A stretch of DNA of 43,954 nucleotides, the filler included, from Jimgerdemannia flammicorona (lineage: Eukaryota): the NCBI GenBank assembly GCA_003990765.1. It is 2 parts of 2 records of this genome, joined end to end, with 100 filler letters (N's around TTAATTAATTAA, not from the genome) between each part and the next. Parts side by side here need not be neighbours in the genome. Positions count along the whole stretch, not along the records: positions 1 to 21,929 come from RBNJ01001364.1; positions 22,030 to 43,954 come from RBNJ01001365.1. One strand, written 5' to 3'. Positions within the stretch are counted from its first letter, which is position 1. Each line of letters opens with the position of its first letter. Below, one piece after another: positions 10,654 to 22,070 of the stretch. The notes beneath the pieces were generated by a model. It saw only the letters and a list, made by a program, of their open reading frames with translations. It was not told the DNA's origin and searched no databases. The translations under genes and the position numbers were made by a program.

Positions 10654-13242
10654 ATGTCGACAGATCAGTCTTCAACAGTTCACAGTACCAATGATGCTTT
10701 AAGTCAAACATCTCTGATAGTTCCACACCTTACATGCAATCCTCGCTCCGAAATCTGGTAACATTGTACTAAGATAGGAGATGATGTTGTTTGTAATTAT
10801 TGCAGGTAAAAAATTAAGATGTACCTATTGCCACTTTGTTTTGACACACACATGATATTGTTTTGACACACACATGATATTGTTTCATCCACCCCCATGA
10901 ACTGCACCAGCCAGAAGTTCAAAATGCTTGGAGGTATGACTTCGAACATGAATCAACACATAAAAGACAAGTACTTTGACAAAATCAAAAAGAACACAGA
11001 GACAAATAAAATCGACATCCAGGCTGTGGTAGGTACATTAATCCAATTGCCTGACCATTTCTGTACCAACACATTTAATCAAAAATTTTAGCCATACTCT
11101 TTGGCAGAATTTCGAAATCGGCTCATTCGCTGGATTGTGTATACAGACCAGCCATTCACAACCATCAAGAGTGATCAATTGCATAGCATCTTTGGCCTCC
11201 TCAAGCATGATTTATATTTGCCAAGTACTGATACTATTTGCAAAGATGTCCTGGAGGCCTATAGGAAGGAGCATGACAATCTCCGCCAGACACTTCAGGT
11301 AAAATAAGGGCAGCACCATGACCTTTGTAAGCTGAATTATACAAAAGAGCTCACCAATTTAACCTCACATTCAATAAGCCGAATTCGGCAGGCAAAATTT
11401 CGTTTACGATTGATACATAGACATCCCCCAATGCAATTTCGTTTCTGGGCATTACCAGTCATTGGATTGACCTCGATTGGCAGCTTAAATCTCTCACCCT
11501 TGACTTCATCAAACTTGCTGGCCCTCATTCTGGAGACAACATTGCAGATGCTTTTATTAGTTGTATTGAGAGCTTGGGATCACCACCAAGGTAAAAAAGG
11601 GGGGCTTGCTATCAGGTTGGCGTTTTGAGAGAGGTCCTAAACCAAACCAGATTTTATTGGTTACTTATTTTCACATAAATTTGTCAACCAAATATTTCAA
11701 GTACAGATTTTGGCCATTATGACAGACAATGCTACAAACAACTCAACATTTTTCCAAGGTTTAGCGACCAGCCTCAAACAGGAAAACGTGGCCTTCAGTG
11801 CAGAAAGCTGCCATGTGCGATGCCAGGCCCACGTACTGAACCTCGCTGTTCAGAACTATCTTATACACATAGACAAAACATCTGAGAGAGGAGGGGCCCT
11901 GAGTATAATTTCCAAGCTGCATAAACTGGTTGTGTCGGTCTGATCATCCCCACAATGACAAGAAAAATTCGCTGCGCAGTGTAGGGCAATCAGTTTAGCC
12001 CCGAAAGAGCTTATATTGGATGTCTGTACATGTTGGAACTCAACATTTGCAATGATCCAGTGCATGCTGGAGTTTGCTGTGGTATGCATTCTTTTTTTCT
12101 TCAGTTGGCTGAAGCAACTATTTTGGATGATGGAAGATTTATTTAAAAAAAAAAGAAAAAAAGCCAATAGATTCAATGATGGCTGCCGACAAGGAAATAT
12201 GGGCCAAGGCTCTAGGTGAAAGTGAGTGGGATGTACATAGGAATGTTGTCAGAGTTTTGGAAGTAAGTGGTGGTTGCCCTGGCTCTACACTCGTTTTGTC
12301 TGCCTCCACACAGTGCAATACCTCACCACATATAACTGCCAGTGTTTCAACGATTGTTCAAAGGATATAGTCAAACAAATGACCCCGACAATAAGCTCTG
12401 CTATACCGGTATACAACCTTCTGATTGACTGGCTAGAGGACAAGCTCGAGGACAGGCTGGAGGGTTGTGGTGATTTATGGTTAAGCCCAGATCAGAGAGA
12501 TGCTATGGTGGTTGCTCTAAGTAAGCTTAGAAAATACTACACCCAAATAGATACTGCCATATACTCAATCAGTACAGGTATGTCAATGTCAGCATGTGGC
12601 CATTGCCCCTTCCAAAACAGAGGAAACCTGGCAAAAACTCACTCTCCTTTTCTTCAAACAGTGCTGGACCCACGCTTAAAGCTACAATACCATAAAGATC
12701 AGGGCTGGGAGCAGCACTTCATTGAGAGAACCAAGCAGGCTGTAATTGAAGTGTACTGGAAAAACTACACACTACTGCAAGATTCTAGCCGAAGTCCAGA
12801 TAAATATGCCAAGGGATCCCTCCTGTCCCACATTTACTTCGGCAGAAAGAGGAAGAGGGAGCCATCAGTGGAAGATCTGCCATCAATAAATGAACTTACC
12901 ATTTACCTCGCCAGCAACCACGTGGTCCTGCTGGAGGGCATGGAGGTGCTCAACTGGTGGAAGATGGGTTGTCAGGCGAGCATTGGGCCAATTTAACCCA
13001 CCAATCAAACCCACCAATCTAACCACCACTCTACCCACTGGAGCATGCAGCTGCATCAAACAGACTTCCCCAGCCTGTGTGGTATGGCTTGGGACTACCT
13101 GGCGATTCCTGCCTCCAGCACTCCCATCAAGTGGGTGTTCTCAGGTAGGGTGGACCTCGTTGCCCCAAAGAGGTGTGCGCTGAATACTGAGACAATCCAG
13201 GCATATATGTGTCTGAAGTCTTGGTGGGGCTCAGGCTGCTAA
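10654..13242 (+). pseudogene. Intron-containing hAT transposase (BED finger, DDE core, C-terminal dimerisation domain), inactivated
   Basis: RSEIW*H...VCNYC|...TSNMNQH; LIRWIVYTDQPF; ISFTIDT*TS; HSGDNIA; MTDNATNN; RCQAHVLNL; TCWNST; LDPRLK; WWK...FPSLCGMAWDYLAIPASSTPIKWVFS (catalytic E>K); MCLKSW. GT-AG introns at about 10806, 11029, 11299, 11591 and further downstream. Confidence 0.92.
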
Positions 13243-13344
13243 AATTTGGCAGGTCCGCGGATAAGTTGGTTGGCCTTGTGGAATATTTAATACCTTTCAA
13301 ATTAATAAAAAGGAAAAAAAACCTGAGGACTTGGCCCAGAGTTT

Positions 13345-13790
13345 GCCGCCAAAGTGGGGCAGGGTTGGCGGCAGCAGCGGCGGAGGGGGTATGCAAGGGG
13401 CAGCCCCAAGCTGCCAGTGCCTGGGTCAGTGGGTGGGTTGGTGGGCGGGTCGGCGGAGGGAGCATGCAAAATTTGTGGCCCTCTGCCAGCAGCAAGGGGC
13501 AGCCCCAAGCCGCAAGTGTCCGGGTTGGGGGGGGGAGACGGAGAGAGCACACAAAATTTGTGGCCCTCCACCAGCAGTGAGAGGCAGCCCCAAGATGTCA
13601 GTACCTGGGTCAGTGGGCAGGGTCGGTTGGCGGGCGGGGCAGGTGGAGGGAGCACACAAAATTTGCAGCCCTCCGCTAGCGGCATAGGGGCAGCCCCAAG
13701 CCGCCAAGGAGTCTGGGGCGGAGGGTGCTTCTGGTGGTCGGAGGGTGCTTCTGGCAGTCGGAGGGCGTTTCTGGCAGTCAAAGTCACTAG
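13345..13790. repeat. GC-rich degenerate tandem repeats between the 3' ends of the transposase and cargo genes
   Basis: GGCAGCCCCAAG recurs four times and GAGCA(C/T)(A/G)CAAAATTTG three times; units about 90-110 bp, plus short GGAGGGTGCTTCTGG repeats. Confidence 0.8.
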
Positions 13791-13989
13791 TTCGGGTCTC
13801 ATGGGCACCCCAGCCCTGTACCACAGCACTGCACCAGTGGCACTACAGAGCAGGGCTGAGGGGCCGGTAGGGCCCTGTATAACGGCTAAGCTAGTGCTAT
13901 ATAAGAGGCACCCGGCCCAACCCCCGCACATAAGACTGCCCAACCCGCACAAAATGGCTGCCTAACCCTCACAAAAGATTGCCTAACCC

Positions 13990-16035
13990 TTACAAAAACT
14001 GCTCCACTTGCTGGTCCCAGGCCTTGATGAGCCTGTCATCTGTTGTGAGTGCGACAACTGTTGTGTCCAAGCTCTCCTCGAAGGCGACGGTGCCATGGTG
14101 GTCATGTGGTTGGAATAGGATGACCATGTTGGCCGCAAACAGGACCCCGAAACCCTAGGTGAGGTCATACCAGACTCCGCCACTATCCTCCCAGGTTGGG
14201 CCCTTTCTTTCCGGGATGTAAAACATTACCGGGATGACATTGTTATCTGTGTGTGTGGGCAGAGAAAGGTTGCACCTAACATATCCTGATGTGATGCGAG
14301 TGTACAGTTGGTGAACCCTTGGCCCAGGACCTCATACTGCCAGGCTGTGCTGGTGGATGCCTGCCCTTAGTCCAGCCCCAGGAGCCCCGGCTTGGAAACC
14401 TGCCAAAACAGACGGCAACTGGTCAGTCCTTTTTGCGTTCGGGGGGCAGAAACCCCCCGGGCCGCAGAAACCCCCTGGGCTGCAGCACCCCAAAAAAGCA
14501 GAGGTCCTCACCTCATACGGCATGCTAAATTGCGCCAAGAACATATGTACAGCCGCGCCGAGATCACCACCAAGCTGGCCTGCCATATGCTCTACCAATC
14601 TGCTCAAAGAACCCCAGATCATAGCCACCATCACCGCACAGGCCGTGTCGTGCTCACGCACAGTTTGCTCTTCAATACCACTTCTAAAGTTCTGGTAGGA
14701 GTACAGAATCTTGTGTATCCCTGGAATTGTATCAAAAAGAGTATGTCGGTGAAGAGTGATTTATCTGGGGAGGGGTTAAAAAAAAAGGGAGATAAGTACA
14801 GGGGATTTCGGAACCCACCCTTCACCAGTGTTGCAGTATACTCAATTCTCATCCAAACCCCCCTTCCTTGCTTTTTTCGCCCCCTCTTCCCTACCACCCA
14901 GTATTTGATGCAATCTTCGCAAATCTCGTTGATGTGGTGGTGAAGCTTGTCACCATAGAGGTTCCTTACCACCATCGCAACCACCTCTTTGCATTCATTA
15001 ATAAAGATATGGTTCTCTTCATCGTTGGTCACTCCTACTGACCAATGGACCCCTTGGTCGAGTACGATTGGCTCTGATTCGAATATAGACCCCCAAGCCT
15101 TGATGATGATGCTGGTACTACTCATGCTGAACATCTTGCCCTCAAATTTCTCTATTTGATCAGATGCCGGATGTGGTTGAACTTGGGTAACTTTGAACTC
15201 TCCTTTCCAATGGAACTGAGCCCTGATCTGAGGGACTGAGATAAGTATGTGGACAGGTTGCGTGCAGGTGGGTTGCATGCAGGTTGGTTGTGGGCGGGTT
15301 GCATGTGGGCGGGTTGCGTGCGGGTGGACGGGTTGCATGCAGATGGGTTGTGTGTGGGTTGCATGCAGGTGTGGGTGTTTTTTAGGGGGAGACCATGTAA
15401 AAATGAAATTAAATAAAACACAGAGATGGGTATTTCAGAAAAAGAGCATGAGTGAGTGAGCTGCATGCCAATGAGTTGCATGCCGACGAGTTGCACACTG
15501 ACGAGTTGTACGAGTTACACAAGAATTGCTCACCAAGGCTTACTTCTGTTCCTTTTGAGACCTCCACCATGTGATGCATTGACTCAACAGCTCAGCCACC
15601 AAAGGCATGCCCCACAATATCTGCCAGCCTTTCTTCATCTTGACCAGATGTTGCGAATAAAGTCGGCAGATCTCGCCGTAGAGCTGTAGATCCTAAGAAA
15701 AGCATAAGGTGAATTGGGTCATCCTGGGGAAGTTTAAATAAATAAACACAAGTAAACAAGTGGTGGCCGAGTGAGCAACCTACATCTACTATCAGCTGCT
15801 CCAAAAAGGCTGCCACATACATAGCTGTGAGGTCTGTGAATTCCGAGGTCCGAAGGGCTGCTGTGAGTTGTTGCCAGAATTCTCCCTTATCCCCGCCATC
15901 GCCATCGCCACTGCCACTGCCATCACCCCTTTGGCTCTCGATGAGCAGCTTGTGTGCTGTCCATATGAGAAAGAATCTAACATTGTCAGCAGAGAGTGCG
16001 TTTCCATCTTGAATACTCCCTCTTTTGATGATCAT
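13990..16035 (-). pseudogene. Spliced cargo gene of the hAT element with a C-terminal Fe(II)/2OG dioxygenase-like (TET/JBP-like) domain; point stops present
   Basis: Exons ...14720-14512, 14399-14276 and 14246-13990 join at GT-AG sites in matching phase: ...FSMPYE|VSKPGLLGLD*GQASTSTAWQYEVLGQGFTNCTLASHQDML|DNNVIPVMFYIPERKGPTWEDSGGVWYDLT*GFGVLFAANMVILFQPHDHHGTVAFEESLDTTVVALTTDDRLIKAWDQQVEQFL. Upstream exons near 16035-15780, 15692-15534 and 15235-14900; one junction is unresolved. Confidence 0.65.
15247..15520. repeat. Short tandem repeats (GGGTTGCATG(C/T), GAGTTGCA) within an intron of the cargo gene
   Basis: About 15-bp units repeated many times; they produce low-complexity shadow ORFs. Confidence 0.75.
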
Positions 16036-16237
16036 TGCAGGGTGAAAAATGAGTAGACTGAACCAACATACAAATTAAGGGCTGCTGTTTTGTTTGCTCG
16101 TAATGCAGCAGGAAAGAACAAAGAAAAAGAACAAAGAAAAGAGAGGGAACAAAGGAAAGGGTGATGTCACCAAAGTGCGGCAGAAAAAAAAAACAAAAGC
16201 GAAATGAACAAAAGAAAGGGTGACATCACCAAAGATT

Positions 16238-16459
16238 TCAATCTGAATAGATCAATCCAGATGGTTCAATCCAGATGGATCATCTGGATGGATCATCTGG
16301 ATGGATCAATCCAGATGGATCAATCTGGATGGATCAATCTGGATCAATCTGGATCAATCTGGATCAGATCATGAGACCAATCCAAGTTGATTCAAATCCA
16401 TCACATGACGAATCTGAATTGAATCTCATCCAGATCAACTTCATTCATTCGGAGCACTA
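16238..16459. repeat. Right subterminal array (GGATCAATCT / CCAGATGG units) and right TIR of the hAT element
   Basis: Direct 10-14 bp units ending in TTCGGAGCACTA. Confidence 0.85.
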
Positions 16460-19400
16460 CTTATGCTAGTTGAGCTTTGCTCCAGAGTATACCTCATACC
16501 ATTCCACTGTTTCCTGAAGAGCCTCTACATCCACTACTGATCTAAGTCCAACTATCATATCATCTGCAAAGGTCCCCACCTTCCACTCCACATCATACAC
16601 AGAGAGCCCAGCCACCTTCCAACAGATCCTATCTATCAAAGGTTCTAGAGAGAGGGCATAAAGGATAGGGGACAGCAGGTCTCCTTGAGGGACTCCTCTC
16701 CCCAAGGGAAATGCCAAACCCCTGTAACCATTACACATCAGTGCCACTCTACTTCCCTCCAACAAACTCAACATAGAAGTCCAAAACTGTGGTGGAATAC
16801 CAATTCTGTCCAGTATCTTGCCCAGCCAAATCTGCCAAACATGGTCATAGGCCTTCTCTGGTTCAGAAAAACCAGTCTACCATTCAGTCCACAGGTCTGG
16901 ACTCCTTCAATAATGCCATGTACCCAGGCAGTCCCATCCCTGATAAGTCTACCTCCTACAAAGCCCCACTGCTCCTCTCCCAGCATCTGTTGAGCAACCT
17001 TCTGTAGCCTCACAACAATCACCTTAGTCACCAACTTCCGATCCATATCCAGAAGCATAATTGGCCTCCAGTTCTTCCAATCCTCATGCCTGCTCTTGTC
17101 TTTGTACAATAGGGCCACCAGCCCTAAGTCCTGCTCTCCAATCCACATGCCATTTAGAATAACATGGTCACAGAGGTCTGCCATCTCTCCCAGCACTCCA
17201 GGGACTTTTGCCATCTTCTTTCAGAAGTCCCACAGTAACCCATCCTCCACTGGCGCTGTTCCAAGCTTAGTTGCTGCCAGGACTTCTTGAATCTCCTCCT
17301 CCTAGACTGGTAAGATCAAGTCGCTCAGTCCCTCTATCTGTGGCAGCTCCCACTTCTCCAGCATGTCTCCAATTGCCTCTGCATCAGCCCCCCCTTCTTT
17401 TTCACTCTACAGCCCCTGCCATTTCTCCTTCAATACCCCCAGAATCTGCTGTATGCTATGCACCAACTCTCCCTCAGCATCAAAGACTCCATCCTATTGA
17501 TATCTCACCTGCCTGGCTTTGAAGAGTCTAGACAAGTATCTAGTAGGCCACTCTCCCTCCTCAAGCCCCTGCCACCTTCGCCTGGCAGCCATTCCTCACA
17601 TATGAGTCTCCTCCTCCTCTCTTAACACCTGTTGCAGTTCAACCACCTCCAATTTTGCCCTCTCTAACCTCCAATCCTCCACCTCATTGGATGTAAGCAA
17701 ATCAGCCCACTCCAACTGCAATCTCCTCAGCCTATTTGAAGCACACCATACTCGCCTCCTCCTCTGTCTCTCTGTCTCTCTACCTGCTCCTCCTCAAAAG
17801 ACCCTCGCAGCATCCTTCAATCTCATCCACTGGACACCCACAGACAAACCCTCTTGCCTTCAGAGAGGAACCTTTGCCTGGATATCCTCCATCTATAAGT
17901 TCTACAACTCCTTCTCAGCCAGCAGGGAGGAGTTAAGGTACTAATGTCCAGGTCCATCTCCACTCCCCCCAAACTGCCTCTGTCTAAACAGTTCCCAGTG
18001 ATCAGATGATGGGCACTACACCACCTCCAAAGTCTTTCAGACATCAGCACCCCAACATTCAGCTGTCAGAATCCAGTCAATCCTTATCCCTAAGCCATTC
18101 ACCCAGTGTATGTAGACCCTGGTGTTGCCCCATCATGTTTGGCCCATATCCTCTAAGGAGCTAAGGTTTTTCCCCTCCTTCTATACATCCAGACCACCAC
18201 TCCTCCTACCTGCATTCCTCTCTCTATCAGTTCTATCCAGTCACAGATCTCGAACCATGTTAAAATCACTACCAAGAACATCAACCCCTTCCTCCAAGAG
18301 AATGCCCTCCTCTAGCAGCTCTATAATCCATGCAATCCTCTCTCCCCTAACTGCCAGGCAGTAACAAGAGCCCACCCTCACTAATCCCCACCCTGGCCAG
18401 TACTATTTACTCCAGACTAAGCAATCCCCCCAGCTCCTGATTTCCCCCAAATCTCCTCTACCCTTCTTTACCAGAATTGCCACCTTTCCAAACCAAGTGG
18501 TAGCCCCACCCCATTCCTTAGTCCACTCCAACCTATCATCCTCATCCTCACACCATACATCCTATAGTAAAAAGAGATCAGCCTCTAATCACTTTAGCCA
18601 AGTAAAAATGTTCTTATGCTGCCCAGATCCCTGAAGGCCATTCACATTGAGAGAGAAAATATTAGTTATACTGTTCATAAGGAATATTATTAAAGATCAA
18701 ACTTCTCCTCTACAAATCCACACTCAAGTCCTCCTGTATCAAATCCAAGATGTATTCTGCAGCCAGTTCTCTCTTCTCAGCTTCCTGTGCCTCCAACCCC
18801 CCCAGAAGTTCGACCAATGCCCCATCCTCTTTCTCCTCAAAGTCCTCCCAATACTCCACACAGGTCTCCTGCCAGAACTGCAAACCATGGCATTCTGCCC
18901 AATAGTATTCAGTCTGCTCACCAGCAACAACCACCAGCTCTGCCTTCCTCACCTCATCCACCTCATATCTCTTCTCTTCTAGGAAGATTGCAAGAATCTC
19001 TACCTTCAGCACCTCCACTACTCCCTCTCCTTACAGAATCTGAGCTCAATGCTCCTCAGGCATGACACTAAGATCTACTTCTCCCAACACCTCAGCTGCA
19101 AGATTATCCATCACCTTGCTCATCTACAGCAGATTCCCCACCTCCTTCCCTCCAGGGGTCCCCAGCCACTCTGCATCCAGTATCATAGTATCAGCACCTA
19201 CACTAGCATCCTCATTCCACTCCTCCTCTGGGACATCCACCAGCTCATCCTCACCAACTACCACTATCTGGCCCCCTTTCACCACATCTGGGACTCCAAA
19301 GTGAACACACTGGGTCCTGTGCATCAGTACATCCTCCGCCACCCCTCTCTGCCCCACTGGACCCCTCCTGACAAGTGGGGGGGGGGTGCTATCCAACTCC

Positions 19401-20823
19401 TCCTCCCAAACTTCGAAAGTACTATCAGTATAGGGATTCTTACCCAGCACCTTCACAGCCCATTTCTTGGTCACCCCCACCTCCTCTCCTTCTTTGCTAG
19501 TCTATATACTGGCTTCGATGCCTCCAGACTTCTCAGCCCTGTCTACCTTCCTCTTCTCCCCTCCTGTCATATTTGCCAAAAGCTCCCTCTGCCTCTTGCG
19601 CCCCTGGGTCTGCTCCCACTGTCTCCTGTCAGTACAGATATACCTTCTATCTATTACCTCTAGATATGTCAACTCTTCAAACTGCTTCCAGGCTTTTGCC
19701 CTCCTCTCCATCGCACCACTCAGCTCCTCCAGAGCCTCCAACAAATCCTCCTCCTCCTCTTCACTCCCTTTCACCCTTGACACCTTATGGATAAAAGCCC
19801 CCCACATCAGCACTGGGGGCCAGTCACTCGTCTTTCCCGTTGCCTCCTTTCCTGCCAGCTGAATCCTAACATCGACATCACCTGTCCTGAATGTGGTCCC
19901 CTCTCACATTTGGAAGCTAATGTCCACCACATCCCCATACTCCACCATCACCTCCTTTACCCTCCTCCTGGTCTCCTCCTTAGTCACCATAGGCACCCCC
20001 CTCACCAGAAGCTGCACCACCCTGGGGTCCAACCTTAAGCACTACACTATGGGGACCACCACTTTTTCAACTACAACTCTAGTCTTCAGGGCCTCGTCCA
20101 GTGGGCCCGCCTCCTCAAAGCCCACCTCAACCCCTTCTAGGCCCTTCAGAAACTTCACCAAGGCTGCCCCAGCCACCTGCTTCGAAATAAGCCCCAGAAC
20201 CATCCTAGCTGTCACCACCAAGCCTTGGAAGCACAAGGTGGCTGCAAACTCCAAGATTGATTTCTTGAGTAATAGAGCTATCGCCAGCCCCATCACACTA
20301 TCAGCCAGGTCCTCCTTCCTCTTCAGGCCCATCTGCCCAGCCCCTGCATCAACAGTCACATCTGGATTTTTTTCCAGATTCCCCATCATGCCACCATCAG
20401 CAGTCCCACTACTACCACCAGCAGCTACTCCACTTCCTCCACCTCCCACTGGTGAAGGCCCAGCTCCCTCAGCCTTCTCAATCATCTGCTTTCTCTTCCT
20501 GCCTGCCTGTCTACTGCAAGCCCCCACCAGCCAATCCCCAGTCCTCAGCATGTCCACAAAGCTCCTTCTCTACTGCCCTCCAGCCCCCCCCCAAGTGCCT
20601 CCTCCACTGCCTGAGCTGCCCTGCCCATTTGAGCCACCAAATGACTCCATCCCCAGCCCATACCCTCTCCTGACATGTTGCCAGTCAAAGGCCCCAGGTC
20701 TGCCTGACCTAGTATGCTCATCAGCTTACTTGCTGGTTGATATTGCCTTAATAACTTTCTCCAATAAATGATTTGAAAGTATGTTGTAAAAGTGTGTGGA
20801 ATGTGAATTGTAGTTGAGGGAGA
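16460..20823 (-). mobile_element. L1/Tx1-like LINE (5'UTR, ORF1, APE endonuclease, RT), 3' part removed at the hAT end
   Basis: ORF2 starts at 18678 with MNSITNIFSLNVNGL; GDFN; RIDWIL; NWRPIMLLDMDRK; GVPQGDLLSPILY; FADD; SGAKLN. ORF1 start codon reads ATA. Confidence 0.92.
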
Positions 20824-20829
20824 TAAATA

Positions 20830-21890
20830 TATCTTTAATAGAGTATAATAAGATCAAGTTGGTATTTGAAAGTATATCTCTTAGCAAACTGTAATTTTAC
20901 AAGATATATTCAGCTATTTACTAGAAAGAAGACATCAAGTAGAATGGAGCTTCTGATAATTATAACACTGAGTACTCTGAATATCAGTATATTATAGATG
21001 TTAAGATTTCTTATAGATACTCTAATAAGAGAGATGAGATGATTTAAATGATTTAATATATTTTCTACCATACAAGCATATAAATAAAGTATGATTTTCT
21101 ATCAATACCATAGGATCATTAGAGTACTCAAAGTAGACTTTTTTGAATACTTGGATCAAAATTATCAGAAAAGTTCAATGTTATAAATATAGACAAAAAA
21201 TATAGTATATCATAATTTTACAATACAATCAGTTTTCTTTGATGATTTAGAATGTCCTTCTGGATATATCAAAGCATATTGATCAAGTGATGTAAATTTA
21301 TCTATTCTGGATAATCTAAAGATATATATTTATTTCAAATAAATAATAATTGAAGAAATATAAGTATATAATTTTGCCTTTTATTTACATTATATCAGAT
21401 CATTATTTTTTAATTATTAACTTTAGAGTAAGTAAATCTATATAGAGAGTATCATCAAGATATAATCAAAACCATCATTAGGTACAATTCTGTATTTTTC
21501 AGACAACTATATTATAACTGAATTGTGGTTTATGATTGAGAGGATCTTGTTAAGTAATAAGAAGATATCTATAGTTTGGATGAATTTAAGATTGAGCAGT
21601 TTTGGCTTCTCTTTTCAAATGAGCAGAATAACATTAAGTACAATCTTGCTTATGTCTAATGGTTTAAGATTGGAGCTCAGGATTCTGACACCAAGATGAT
21701 TATTGCTATTCAATCAGAGAAGTATAATTATCAATATAAATGGCATCAAATGGAATATATGTCTGATCCTCTTTTTCAAGAGTCAAATTCAGCAACAATA
21801 GCCAAATAAGATCAAGTTGACATTTATTTCTTTAAAAAATATTTAGTGAATCAGTATAGTGATAGGGAAGCATGGGAGCAATTTTATTAA
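20830..21890 (+). pseudogene. Heavily mutated Plavaka-type transposase C-terminal relic
   Basis: NGASDNYNTEYSEYQYIIDVKISYRYSNKRDEMI*M at 20943-21050 fits the Plavaka pattern G..D.YNTE..E..H...K..YR..N; LAYV*WF at ~21650; YLVNQYSD at ~21845. Confidence 0.7.
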
Positions 21891-21896
21891 ATACTA

Positions 21897-21929
<33 letters not shown>

Positions 21930-22029
21930 NNNNNNNNNNNNNNNNNNNNNNNNNNNNNNNNNNNNNNNNNNNNTTAATTAATTAANNNNNNNNNNNNNNN
22001 NNNNNNNNNNNNNNNNNNNNNNNNNNNNN
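21930..22029. other. Artificial contig linker or gap: N44-TTAATTAATTAA-N44
   Basis: Exactly 100 nt, symmetric, with a six-frame stop palindrome in the centre. Confidence 0.97.
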
Positions 22030-22070
22030 AAAGCAGGATGTTCAATATGTTCTAATACAACATTCCTTAC

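Larger units (their letters stand above)
10124..16459 (+). mobile_element. hAT DNA transposon, 6336 bp, with TIRs, a transposase and a convergent cargo gene
   Basis: TIRs TAGTGCTCCGAACGA (10124) and TCATTCGGAGCACTA (ending 16459), 14/15 match; subterminal repeat arrays at both ends; hAT transposase motifs inside. No matching 8-bp TSD. Confidence 0.9.

Noticed and set aside
13127..13965. Cluster of overlapping 120-216 aa ORFs
   Set aside because: They arise from GC-rich tandem repeats that lack stops; no protein motifs.
13960..13992. CCTAACCCT telomere-like units
   Set aside because: Two isolated copies within a short 22-bp local repeat at the cargo gene stop; not a telomeric tract.
19049..20771. 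Long plus-strand ORFs (204 and 292 aa; also 28134-29165)
   Set aside because: Antisense shadows of G-rich LINE ORF1 with low-complexity Leu/Pro/His/Ser content.
21974..21985. Perfect palindrome TTAATTAATTAA inside an N run
   Set aside because: Assembly linker with stops in six frames; not biological.
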